Source: Lama glama (taxonomy: Eukaryota). Taken from it: a stretch of 64,000 nt of DNA. The translations under genes and the position numbers were made by a program. Below the pieces are notes generated by a model. That model ran no database searches, was not told where the DNA came from, and worked only from the letters and a program-made list of their open reading frames with translations. Positions 25,336 to 36,700 of this stretch are shown in pieces. The stretch covers positions 14,882,001 to 14,946,000 of the forward strand of contig CM052817.1 of NCBI GenBank assembly GCA_028534125.1, read 5' to 3'. Within the stretch, counting starts at the first letter, position 1; each line of letters starts with the position of its first letter.

Positions 25336-25807
25336 TGTAATAGGGAAGAACAAATCTGAGCCTATATTAGATCTGTTTCTTTTACTTTAATCTTTATATT
25401 CTATTGCTTGTTAATCACTAAAGGGATTGTTGCCTATCAGCTTAAATTGTGCGTAATGGTCCATCTCTGGGAACGCTGCCTCCCAGGTAATGCGTGTTAA
25501 ACTAAAATACCTTTGTTAGCTCACAGGAAACATCTTGATCAGGCCCACCTGCGAATGGCTGTAGGAAGGAAGAAATTAACACTTTTTTTCTGGAGTCTGG
25601 CCTGAACCAGGGCTATACCCCTTCCCCTTTTAGTATAAAAGAAGCCTGAATTCAAACTCGAGGAGGATGGTTCTCTAGGACATTAGTCCACCATCTTCTT
25701 GATCTGCTGGTTTTCTAAATAAAGTCATCATTCCTTGCCCCAACACCTCATCTCCTGGTTTATTGGCCTGTTGTGCAGCAACAAGAATGAGTTTGGACTC
25801 GGTCACA
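25336..25807 (+). mobile_element. Solo ERV1 LTR (MER41-like 3' end)
   Basis: TG..CA termini, perfect 4-bp TSD tttc, TATAAAA 25634, AATAAA 25718, end 'gagtttggactcggtcaca'. Confidence 0.92.
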
Positions 25808-25919
25808 TTTCCTTCTAGGGTTTGGTATAGTGCTTAGCTCATTATAAATGCTGACTGTTCATTTGATGGATTTAGGGAAAAAATAGACCAAATGAGCTTT
25901 TCATTCTTAGCTTTCCTGC

Positions 25920-26420
25920 TTAAGGCAATCCCTGCTCTCAGAAAAGTTATATGTTAACAGGAAAATCAGACAACTAAACACATTTGAAAATGAAATACCA
26001 TGAGTGTTGTGATAAGGGATGCACAAGGTCTAATGGGAACACGGGACAGGGGGACCTAACCTAACTGTTTTTGGGGAATGTGTCCTTAAAAAAGCATCCT
26101 TAATCTCGCCAAAAGTAGGTAAGTAAGGGTTAGCCCAGGCAAAGGGGAAAAAGTTCTAGGCAGAAGAAACATAATTTGCCAAGAATCATTGTTGAGAAAG
26201 AGCAAGGAGCATGGTAGCTTTGAGAGGCTGGAAAAGGTTAGAAGAGCTTCTGAGAGGGACACTGTGTGAATGTGGATAGAAGGGAGGAAGGAACCAGGCT
26301 TTGCATAGATCATCAAGGTCGAACTTCGGGGTCAGAGAACAACCTTGGAACAATCTGTGTTTCAGAAACATGGCTCAGGCTGCAGTAGGATCTGCTGGAT
26401 GGTAACACACCTGGAAGTTG
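25920..26420 (-). mobile_element. L2 LINE fragment
   Basis: 'gggacctaacctaactg..ggggaaaaagttctaggcagaagaaacataatttgccaag'. Confidence 0.65.
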
Positions 26421-27839
26421 GGAGTCCACTTGGAGCTTTCCGGGTTTGAGAGGATTCCCACCGACTTTGCACAGAGAAGAGGTTGCAGGGAGGATGGTAA
26501 ATGGACATGAAAGACATTTGTCAAGAAATGAGAGTCAGTGGTGTTTGGACACGGGCTGCACATGGCAGGAAGGAGGAGGTCAAGAAAAGGGTTTGATGTG
26601 GTACCCATGCTACGTGGTGGTCTTTGATTGAGGCTCCAAGGGACAGAGGTCTGGGCAGTTTCTTCTAGACCGTCTGTCACAAGCTACACAGAGAGTGGTG
26701 CTTGCTCTTCCAGTGTAGCTCATCTGAAATAATTTGATGATCATGGAAATTGTTCTTTTTCAGTCTGATTTTGTATTTTATTTGGCTCGGTTCCACTCTT
26801 TTATGCGTCCTTTCCAGATTGTGGTCCTCCACTGCACCCCCTTTGTCACTATGGGAAGAAGATGCTTTTGAAGTTCCAAACCAATCCCTGAAAGGAGATT
26901 AGCAATCAGAGATCCTCTCATATGTGCAAACACTCACAGGATTTAGGTGGATTAGCTGCAGTCTAGTCCCGAGGCATGTGGCACACCTGCGCATTGCCAC
27001 AGTTTGGAGATAAAACCTGCTAGTGATCTGCAGCGAGGCCTTTGAACCTGAGTGATTTCTTTCTGGTATTTAACACCATGGCCAGGGCTGAGAGTGAGAA
27101 CCTTCTTGAATTTTGCACCCCACGCACCACGCTTGCTGCTCCCTAATCCCAGCTCCGTTTACCCCTTCTCCAAAGAGTCTATAGGAATACAAGTGGCGTG
27201 TAGGTTGTCATGATGGAGGCATGTTTTTAGGAGGATGATTTGGGTGGCTAAAGCTGAGTTGGTGGCATAACAATTCTGGTGAGTTAAAATCACGTTGATG
27301 AGGTAGACAGACTCACTGGCAGCGATCTGTGAATAATGTCCTGCGACAAGCTCCTGCTCCACTCTGACAGCACAGCTGCGGGTGTGCCCTGGAAGGCTCC
27401 CAAAAGGCATTCTGCGGGCCCTGCCTCTAGACTGCCTTTCGTTCTTAGAACTCCTAAGCCCAGCGGCTGAGCTTTGAGTGTATTGAGTGCTTTTTGTGAT
27501 TACTTGTCTGCCATTGTTAGTACTGGCCTGTCAGCACCTTGAAGGGCAGAACATCTTTTGTTTGTTTTGAAAATTACTCCATAGTAAATCCTTAATTATA
27601 TAGCAGTATGGCTTTTGGAAATGTTGAGTGATGCACTGCTGCTGTCTTATATTGCTTTCATGCTAAATCTGATGGAGTCTATGGCCTTCAATCAATAAAA
27701 GCAAGTGATGTAACTGAATCCCACTTGAGCCGGCCATTAATTATCTCACATATATCTTCATGGCAGGGCTGGTGATATGGGCCAATATTCAAGACAGCTA
27801 GAAAAAACACTCAGTACGTTTCCTTTATTTGGAGGGGAT

Positions 27840-28035
27840 TTACGCTATATAGTTACACGTATGAGTCAGGTATACGTATACACATCCACTTCCATCTACA
27901 CTCACGTACATCTACATCAAACCACATGTGGGGATAAACAGATGTAAGCATGCAGATACATATTACAGATACGTATACATATGCATTTATATGTGTGTGT
28001 ATACAGACATAGATACATGCACATACACCTCCAAC
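27840..28035. repeat. Degenerate (TACA/TATG)n simple repeat
   Basis: Repeated atacat/acacat/atatgt units. Confidence 0.75.
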
Positions 28036-28044
28036 ATACCTGCT

Positions 28045-28545
28045 TACTGTGCGTGCATCTTCTGGCTGCAACTAGCAGGAAGCCCAACCCAAATAGGCCT
28101 ACACCATGAAGGGAATTTATTGGTTCTCAGAGGCTCAGTTCCTTCCATCTTTCCTCCATATCCCAAAGCTAGTCCTGTGTATGTTTATTACAGGCTGCCG
28201 AAACCTTCCACATTCGTACATCGTAGGAAGAGCGTGTCCTTTTTAGATAGCTCACGTGGAAGAGTGGGAAGCTTCTTTCTCAGAAACCCTAACATCCATT
28301 TTCTCATGTCGCGTCGTTTGATTGGGTTTCAAGCCCAACTCTAAATCCTGCACCCAGTGAGATGAGATGTGAAGCTGGCCTTAATTATTCCTTGGAGCTG
28401 ATGGGTTGTTGGGTGGGGTGCAGTGTCAGCTTCTCCAGGAGCATATAGGCTGAACAGGAGAAAGGCAGAGACCCAAAGGAAGATCAGACTCCGTTACCAA
28501 GAGAATCCTGAGAGTTGACTGAATTCTGGGTGGCCTGGATTAACA
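28045..28545 (-). mobile_element. Old MaLR LTR (MLT1J/K-like)
   Basis: 'tggctgcaactagcaggaagcccaacccaaataggcct..aagggaatttattgg'. Confidence 0.6.
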
Positions 28546-29189
28546 AATGCCCTGACCCCGCTGCCTCCCACACACCTACACACACACGTCATAGTTGTCA
28601 GAATCCTCACAATCAAAGATTCCTTTTACAACTGATTTACTTTCTAGACTTCATGTTCTGACAGATTCTATCTGCTAAGAAACTGAGAGCATTGTTATAA
28701 CTAATTCTTTTTTGCATTTGCGTGCATTAGAAGCTGGTATTACCACAATGAGTTTATATAATTTCAGCTTAAAGCAATAAAATTGACATTTTAGATAGCA
28801 TGGGAGACCTGATAGGAAGTAAATGTACAATTACAATTAGAAATACTGAAATATTAAAATTAGCTTGATGACTCTCAGGAGTCAAGAGCCCTGTTTGGGA
28901 TGCACTTTTGTAAAATATGCATCCTTATGTCAAGATTTTTCTTGCAAAGGCAGAAAATCGACGTGACTAGTCCACTGCACACACAACTGTGGATAGAATT
29001 GCTCTCTGGTTTGCCACATCCAACCCGGCCCCTTTCGCTTTCTCTCTCACTTCCTTTTTCCTCCAGGGATATGGTATCACCAGTGAGGCACCCCTGGAAA
29101 AAAGTACTTTGAATTCACCAAATTTTTCCCTCTGGCTTTTTTTTGGTTTAAACATAGTCATTATTCAGTATTCAGAGAGTGTATTTATC

Positions 29190-29600
29190 AGCCACTCTCT
29201 AATCTCAGTGGCTTAGCAAAGTAAACATTTATTTCTCATTCAAACTGTAGAACAAAGTGGGTTGCCTCTGGGGTTGGTGCTGGGGCCTGCTCCAGGAGGT
29301 GTTATGGGGAACCAGGCTCCTTCTATCTAGGAAGTTGCTAGGACCTCTGAATTTTCCAGTGTTGCCTGTATATCAGGTTGGTGGATGTAGGGCAATGCTG
29401 ACATATGGATGAAACACGGATGACTGTGTGGGCAGATTTCAGCGACCTAGCTTGGAAGTGGTGCACAGCCTTTCTGCCCACATTCCACTGGCCAGGACAT
29501 GGTCATATGGCCACATTTAACTGCAAGGGAGATGACAAATGTGGTCTAATTGTGCGCTCAGATGGAAAAGGAACAAGGATTTGGCTAACACAGAGCAATC
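29190..29600 (-). mobile_element. Old MaLR LTR (MLT1-family)
   Basis: 'aatctcagtggcttagcaaagtaaacatttatttctc' and 'tctgcccacattccactggccagg..ggtcatatggccaca..aactgcaaggga'. Confidence 0.78.
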
Positions 29601-29627
29601 GTTGCTGCAGATAGAAAAATGCTTATT

Positions 29628-30218
29628 GATTCATTTATCTTCCCATTAAAAAAAATTGAAGTATAGTCAGTTTACAATGTTGTGTCAATTTCTGATGTAC
29701 AGTATAATAGTTCAGTCATACATGTACATACATATATTCCTTTTCATATTCTTTTTCATTATAGGTTACTACAAGATATTGAGTATAGTTCTCTCCGCTG
29801 CACAGTAAAACTTGTTTATTTTATACATGGTAGTCAGTACCTGCAAATCTCGAACACCCAATTTATCCCTTCCCACCCCCTTCCGCCCCGGTAACCATAA
29901 GTTTGTTTTCTATGTCTGTGAGTTTGTTTCTGTTTTGTAAATACGTTCATTTGTGTCTTTTTTAAAAGATTCCACATATAAGTGACATCAAATGGTATTT
30001 TTCTTTCTCTTTCTGGCTTACTTTACTTAGAATGATGATCTCGAGGAACATCCATGTTGCTGCAAATGGTGTTATGTTGTCGTTTTTATGGCTGAACAGT
30101 ATTACATTGTATAAATATACCTCAGCTTCTTTATCCAGTCATCTGTTGATGGACATTTAGGTTGTTTCCATGTCTTGGCTATTGTAAATAGTGTTGCTAT
30201 GAACATTGGGGTGCATGT
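29628..30218 (-). mobile_element. Lineage-specific L1 3' fragment
   Basis: Antisense 3'UTR; TSD gaaaaatgcttatt (29614-29627) / gaaacatgcttatt (30219-30232). Confidence 0.93.
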
Positions 30219-30990
30219 GAAACATGCTTATTTAGAATCTTACTTTTCTCCTGATGCAGATACACAGGAAAATGTTGAATGCCAGGGGTTTTGAGTCTTG
30301 GCATTTTTACTTGGGAGGGTCAAAGTCTTGACTGATGGGGCTGACTCCACATTGAGTAACAGCTTGCTTTGTGGTTAACAATGAGAAGAGTTCCTGCAAG
30401 ATTTATTTTTACCCCAGAGGGCACAGCATTTAGAGTGTCTTAGCACTCCAGGACTTGTAGAGCAAACTTGTAGAGTTTGACCTGTAGCCAAACTCATAAT
30501 GCAAATAGCTTGTATTTCCCTCCAGCTCAGAATGTGGTGGTCATGAATGGCAGGGTTTGGTGTGCTATTCTGTGGTGGTACCTTGGGGAGGTGGCAGAAT
30601 CTCAAAGGGATTACTGTGTTTTGAAAGGGAGTTGAACCTAAAACCTCAAATTTATACCCTTAGAAGATGCTTATGCCTCAAAAGCAGAGGGTCAGTGGAC
30701 TTGAAGGGACCATGGCAGGCATGGAGCTTGGATATGGACATCTTGGCATTAACCAATAGGGACCAAATTGGGAGATGGGAGAATGGGGGCATCATTTTCT
30801 TTAAATTTCTTCTTCATAAGATCTAAATTTTCTTATATGGCCCTAAAATGGAGTGGAGGGGATTCAATGACAAATTAAATTATCAGCCAGTCTTACTAGA
30901 CGGGGCCATGAAGTCAGAATTCTTTTTGTATAAAGAAAACAAAAATTTAACCCAAGATTAGGGCTGCAAATTCATAAGTCTTTCAAAAGA

Positions 30991-31127
30991 TTATTTTTTA
31001 TTTTTATTTGCTTTTTTGGGGGGGTAGTAATTAGGTTTATTTATTTATTTAATGGAGGTACGAGGGATTGAACCAGGACCTCGTGCATGCTAGGTGTGCA
31101 TTCTACCACTGAGCTGTGCCCTCCCCC
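30991..31127 (-). mobile_element. tRNA-Ala-derived camelid SINE (Vic-1-like)
   Basis: Antisense head 'ctaccactgagctgtgccctccccc' and tail 'ggggtagtaattaggtttatttattt'. Confidence 0.9.
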
Positions 31128-31259
31128 AGATTTATAGGTCTTGTAGCCATACGGGCTTTAGTGTGGGGAGTGTTAGTAGAATGAGCTCTCTGCAAGGTGA
31201 GACTATGGAGAGACTGTAGGAAGCAATGGAAGGTACTGGAGAGAGTGCCAAGAGAGCTA

Positions 31260-31700
31260 AGATTCCTCTGGGGCCCTTGAGACCCTTTTGGGGGCTCATT
31301 TTTGTACTAAGACATGACTTGCCTTTTTCACTCTCATCTTTGTTCTTCTCTGAGTATACAGTGGAGTTTTCCAGAGGCAGTGAATCAAATAAGAAGCAGA
31401 TATAAACATCCAGCTGTTTTCTCTTAAGGCAGGCATAAAAGAGATTTGCAAAAATGCAAGACACTAAGTATTTTTTGCTTTAGATTATATGATTATTTTT
31501 CATAAAACATTTATTCTCACATGCTTTTTATTGCTATTTTAAATGAAGTCATAAGGAAATATTTTTAAAATCTCAGCTTCAATTTCAAAGAGAGTAAATA
31601 TTGATAAATATCACCTACAATTAAAAAGGCTCTTTAGGGCCTTCAGTTCTTTTTAAGAACATAAAGAGGCCCTGGCACCAAATGCTTGGTTGGGGATGCT
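31260..31700 (+). mobile_element. hAT-Charlie DNA transposon relic
   Basis: 'cagtggagttttccagaggc..gaagcagatataaacatccagctg..aaagagatttgcaaaaatg'. Confidence 0.75.
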
Positions 31701-31926
31701 ATACAGGAGAATCCCGTTAGAGTGAGAAAAATTAAATTCTGCCATTTGTGGTCAAATACTTTCAGAAAATGTGGAGCGCTGAGAAGTCAGGTTCTTCTTT
31801 TTGGAGAAAAATCATTAGAAGGGCAGTAGCAATTAGCTAGGGGTAATGGGGTAGAAGGCCATTGGTGGGATAACTAAATTTTAACGACTCTTCATACATC
31901 AACTTGTAAACCTAAAAAAATTGCAA

Positions 31927-31945
31927 TACTGCCATCTAGTGTTCC
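31927..31945 (-). promoter_or_regulatory. CTCF-like motif
   Basis: Reverse strand ACACTAGATGGCAGTA versus core CCACYAGRKGGCRS (one mismatch). Confidence 0.5.
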
Positions 31946-32299
31946 ATCATGAAAATATTTTAATATTTATTTTTTTCATTCAATTTATGATGATTGCTTC
32001 AGAACTGAGTGATTTCAGAGGCTCAATTTAACGGCATGCCCTGTATTTTTTATGTTTATTTCACCAAACGTATACCCTTAAATGTCTTCCCTCATTCCCT
32101 TTTGTGGTTTACCTCCTCTTTTTTCTTAGGATTAGGATAACTGGAGAGGGTAGAATTTTGACCTAGTTACACCTCGTTCCAAGCTTGTGTTCCTGTCATT
32201 ACACAGTGCAGGGTGATTTAGCGCTGTCTTGGGGGAACTGAATAAGTAACTTTCCTCACTTTGATTTTTCATAACTCCACTCTCCACAGGCATTTCAAA

Positions 32300-32420
32300 A
32301 ATAAACTTTTAATTCTGGATCAATTTTAGATGTGCGGAAAAGTTGCGAAGACAACTAGAGCTTTCCTGTTACCCCTCTCCCAGCTTCCCCCATTGTCAAC
32401 TTTCTGCATGACCACAGTCC
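32300..32420 (-). mobile_element. Old L1 (L1MC-like) 3' terminus
   Basis: 'aattttagatgtgcggaaaagttgcgaaga..cccagcttccccc'. Confidence 0.7.
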
Positions 32421-32469
32421 ACACACTGTGTGGCTGGCAGAGTGGGTGAGAAGTTCCCCATCAAGGCAC

Positions 32470-33595
32470 ATGACTGTGAAACTTCAGATGTGGAAGCCTG
32501 GGCAGCAGGGAGGGTGAGCTGGGGCACAAAACAGGTTACATATGAAAGGTCAGGCCTTGGAATGTCATCCAGCATCTCAGTGGTCATGCTGGAAGCTGGA
32601 AAGCCGTAAACCAATGCTTTCAAAATTCTAGGTGAACATTATTTCCATCGTGAAATCCCATAGCAGCCAAACTACCTGTCAAATGTGGGCTTAGAATAGA
32701 GACAATTGCAGAACTACGGAGTTTCAAAAAAAAAGAAAATGTACCTCCCATTCCCCTTTCTTCAGAAAGTTCTTCAAGGATTTGCTTCTTTAAAAGGAGA
32801 GAGAGAACAGCTTGGGGAGAGCCCAGGAGACCGGTGAAGGAGGCCGCAGACCCCATTGCTCTGCGGCTACCTAAGAAACCGACAGTGCGGGACAGAGCAG
32901 CAGAACAGAGGTGTCTGAACAACTCGGAGGTTCGTGGCTCTATCAGACGGCTTGGGGATGACTTAGTGATAAGGGTAGAGGAAGTTACATACAAAAACTG
33001 GACAGTCGATGAATCCCAGAGAAAATAAAAAAAGTTGCCAGTAAGCATGGTATTCCGCATGGCTCAGCTCTGAACCATACACAGTCATAGTGATGTAAAT
33101 ACTGGATATTTACTCAAACAGAAAAGATAATCTTACCATGTTGGGTGGATGGAGGAGGGGAAGAGATCTTGGGCGCATGTGCTAGGGTTTTCCAGCCCTA
33201 TATCCAGAAGTTAGTAGTTACTGTTTCAAACTGAAAAACAAATCAAGAAGCACCAGTCTCAGCCTATTATTTAGTCAACATAGGAATAAATACTAGAAGA
33301 AACAGTTGAAGATGGTTACCTTTAGGGAGTGAGGATGAGGAATTGGGTTTTTTTTTCGTATGTGTGTTGAGGGGAGGTAATTAGGTTTACTTACTTATTT
33401 ATTTATTTATTTATTTACTAGAGGAGGTACTGGGGATTGAACCCAGGACCTCATGCACGCTAAGCATGCGCTTTACCACTTGAACTATACCCTCCGCCTT
33501 GGATGAGGAATTGGGAGGAATCAGCCAAGTGAAAGTTCTAGCAGGGTTATGTAACTTTTAAAAACAATGTCCATGCATTTTGTTAAAAGGGAAAA
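32470..33595 (+). mobile_element. HAL1-like (ORF1-only L1 derivative) relic
   Basis: Degenerate ORF1 C-terminus: KQVTYERSGLGMSSSISVVMLEAGKP*TNAFKILGEHYF..AKL.. followed by non-ORF2 3' region; interrupted by SINE. Confidence 0.72.
33348..33500 (-). mobile_element. tRNA-Ala-derived camelid SINE (Vic-1-like)
   Basis: Full head and tail; perfect 15-bp TSD ggatgaggaattggg (33333-33347, 33501-33515). Confidence 0.95.
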
Positions 33596-34721
33596 GATTA
33601 GGTAAATGGGTGTCCTGCCAAAGCAGGACTTGGTCAGCACCCGGGCTGATCCAGCTCTGCTAAGAATCAGAGAGGCCCGGGGGAGAAAGTGCAAATTCTC
33701 ACCCTGCACAAAGTGTCTTCGTATCAAGGCTGTAGCCAGTCTGGCAGGATCCTTTAACCAGGCTCCCTTGTTTGTATACTCGTTTGCTTTCCAAGACTTC
33801 AGGTGGTGTGAAAGTTCACTTCCTGTTTGAGCAACTGCTGGGCAACTCTGCTGAATTGTACAGCTCCGTTGTCTGTGTTCCAGTCGGCTGTCTTCTGAAA
33901 GCATGGCTTTCCCTGCGGGATTTGGATGGGGGCAGCCACCTCAGCTTATCAAGTGGAAGGTAGGGCCAGGATGGGTTACTTCTGGGGGCTTTGTACACCT
34001 GGGGAAGAGGGTGGGGCCCAGGAGGCTAAAAGAAGAGAAGCCCAAGGATCGGAGTGCCTGTAACTGCATAAATGAAGCTGTTGCTTTTTGCAAAGGAGAG
34101 GCTTGAGCTCCCATGTCCCTCTCCTTAGGCACAAAGGTGGGGATGGTGAGGGCTGAAGACCCAGCTACAGCTGTATTTTTGGTTAATTCCAGCTTATCTG
34201 AGACATTGGTGTACCCTGGACCAGCTGTTTTCATCACTGATTTCTTGAACACATTTGCCGTGACCCCCTAAAAAAGATAACAGTTTCTCCCATTGGCTAG
34301 AAAAGATTGCATAAATACCTTCAGAGGGCCCAAGGGACATCTTGAAGGTGGCTCCTCAGTTGAGCCCTGTTCTTTTTCTGGTGACCACAATGCACCCCCA
34401 TTTCCTGGGCAGCTGGGAAGTAAAGGGGAGCCCCTGAAAGAGCATCTAGAAGGGAGCTGGGCCTCTGAGTTCTCCATCCCACCATGAATGAGTGTGTGGC
34501 TCTGCCATCCTCCCCGAGCCTTCGTGTCTTCCCATGTAAAATGGGAAGATTAGATTAGCATTTCACATCTGGCTGTCTGTCTGTCTATCTATCTATCTTT
34601 TTCTACTCCAGATTGTTAATAGCTGTCATGGGAGAGTATTTATTTGGTCAAATAAATGTGGAAAATACTTATTTGGTCAAATAAATGCGTTTAACCTAGA
34701 GTTAAAGCAAAGAGAGTGTCT

Positions 34722-34815
34722 TGTAGCATTTTCCTTGAGCTGCTGTAGCAAATGATCATAAACTGGGAGGTTTAAAGACAGAGATTTATTCTCTCACAGT
34801 TCTGAGGGCCAGAAC
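34722..34815 (-). mobile_element. MLT1 LTR 3' terminus
   Basis: 'gctgctgtagcaaatgatcataaactgggaggtttaaa..atttattctctcacagttctg'. Confidence 0.8.
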
Positions 34816-35198
34816 TAGCCGTTTGAAGACGTCATTAGCTAAGTGAAGATCAGGTCACACTGGAGTAGAGTGGGGCCTCAATCCAATATGACCGGTGCAC
34901 TTATAAAAAGAGGGAACTTTGGGCACAGACAGAAGTACATACGGAGAATGCCACGTGACAACAGAGGCAGATATTCGAGGGGCACAGCTGTGAACCAAAG
35001 GCCATCAAGGCCCGATGGCCACCACTGGAAGCTAGAAGAGACAAGGAAGGGTTCTGTCTGGCATCTCAGAGGGAATGTGGCCCTGCTGATACCTCGATTT
35101 TGGACTTCTAGCCTCTAGAACTGAGAGAGAATATGGTTCTGTTGTTGAAACCACCCTGTTCATGGTATTTGTTATGGTGGCCCTAGCAAACAAGTACA
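34816..35198 (+). mobile_element. MLT1C-like MaLR LTR, 5'-truncated
   Basis: 'aatccaatatgaccggtgcacttataaaaagaggg..ggacttctagcctctagaactgagagag..taca'. Confidence 0.88.
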
Positions 35199-35199
35199 T

Positions 35200-35410
35200 C
35201 CACTAAACCAAATAAGTTAATAAATGAAGTAATTACTGCTTATGGTAAGTGCTACAGTGATAACAGATTGTTTTGGGAAAGAGTTTTGTGAAAGAGGCTA
35301 CTTTAGGTTGGGTGATCAAAGATGGTCTCTGTGAGTTATTGTCATTTAATCTAAAACTTTAAGGATGAGGAGTCAGCCATTTGAAGATGGGGAAGATTTT
35401 TCTAGACAGA
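35200..35410 (-). mobile_element. L2 fragment
   Basis: 'aggctactttaggttgggtgatcaaagatggtctctgtgag..aaggatgaggagtcagcca'. Confidence 0.65.
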
Positions 35411-35850
35411 GTGCCGGTTGATCCTGGCATAATCCATGTTGCTTATGATCCCCAGCCTCAGTTGCCATTTCCCAGACCTCCAGAAATGAGAATCAAGGAG
35501 CTCTGCTATAATCATTGCAGCAGCTGCCATGTAGAAGATATCTTCAGTGGGGACTGTGTACATTATGACGCATCTGTGCTCTGGGATATAAGGCACTTTC
35601 AAAAGCATGTCTGGGAGTGTCCAGGTTAGCAGGGATTCCATGTCACTTTCTCTCTCTTTGGCATCTTCTTTCATCTTTTCCCAGATAATTTCCACTTGGT
35701 CATGGTGCGTGACTTGATGAGGCTGGCCCTCTAGGAGTGAAAACAAGAGACACAATGTTGGCTAGTTTCCTTCTCAGAAGAAAGGGTAGGCAGAAGTGAG
35801 AGGGGGTAGTAGAGCCCTGGGATGGAGTGCACAGAATCAGATTCTAGAAG

Positions 35851-36090
35851 GAGCATAGCATGGAGACTAGGACATTGGGCTCTGGAGCCAGACTTCCTGG
35901 ATCTGGGGTCCATCTCTACCTTTTCCCAACTCTGTATGACTCTAGGAAGGTTTCTCAAATTCCTCTATGGCTGCTTATCTGTAAGATGGGATAATTATGG
36001 TATCTACCTTATAGTGTTGCTGTGAGGTTTATATAAAATGATATATGTTCGATGCTTGGTGCTTAGTAATTGCTCAATGTATGGTATTTA
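35851..36090 (+). mobile_element. MIR SINE
   Basis: 'gggctctggagccagacttcctgg..tatctgtaagatgggataat'. Confidence 0.85.
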
Positions 36091-36499
36091 TGTTTAGGTA
36101 GGGGAAGTCACAAAAAGATTACTGAGAATGACTCACTATAGAACCCCACTGTTAACTTGTCTCAAATGCGCAATCAGTTACACAAGGCAACACAGTGGGT
36201 TTCAGTTACCACCTTGCAGATCCTGCTCGCTCAAACCCTGGGGATGACATTACTTCCCTTCTGAGCTCCTCTCTTCACAGGGTCTCAGTGTTGCTGTGTC
36301 TCTTCCGTCTCCACTGGGCTTGCTGCTGCCTCATTTTAAGATCTTCATTTGTGGTCCCTAACGTGCTATTGTGCTGTTAACTCTTTATCAACAGCTTTCA
36401 GAGGGGAAATTAATTCAATGTGCCTTTTCTTTTTGTCAGCTCACAGATGCTTTTTGTGTGTTTGCTTGGTTTCTACCTAAGAGCTCTTACCTACCCTTT

Positions 36500-36700
36500 T
36501 GTGCTGGGTTTGAATCCTAGCTCAGGGACTTCCTAGCTGAGTGACTCTGGGCAAGTAACTTCTTTAAGCCTCAGTTTCCTTATCTGTAAAATTAATGAAA
36601 TGGTCATTGTGCTCTGTAGGTTTGTTCTGGGGATTAAAGAGGTCAGCATACACAACTGGCACACAAGCATGCTTGGCACGTTGTACCCACTCAATAGCAA
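36500..36700 (+). mobile_element. MIR SINE
   Basis: 'ctgggtttgaatcctagctc..gggcaagtaac..gcctcagtttccttatctgtaaaat'. Confidence 0.88.

Noticed and set aside
32620..33060. 146-aa minus-strand ORF
   Set aside because: Antisense to a HAL1-like relic; no true ATG context or homology
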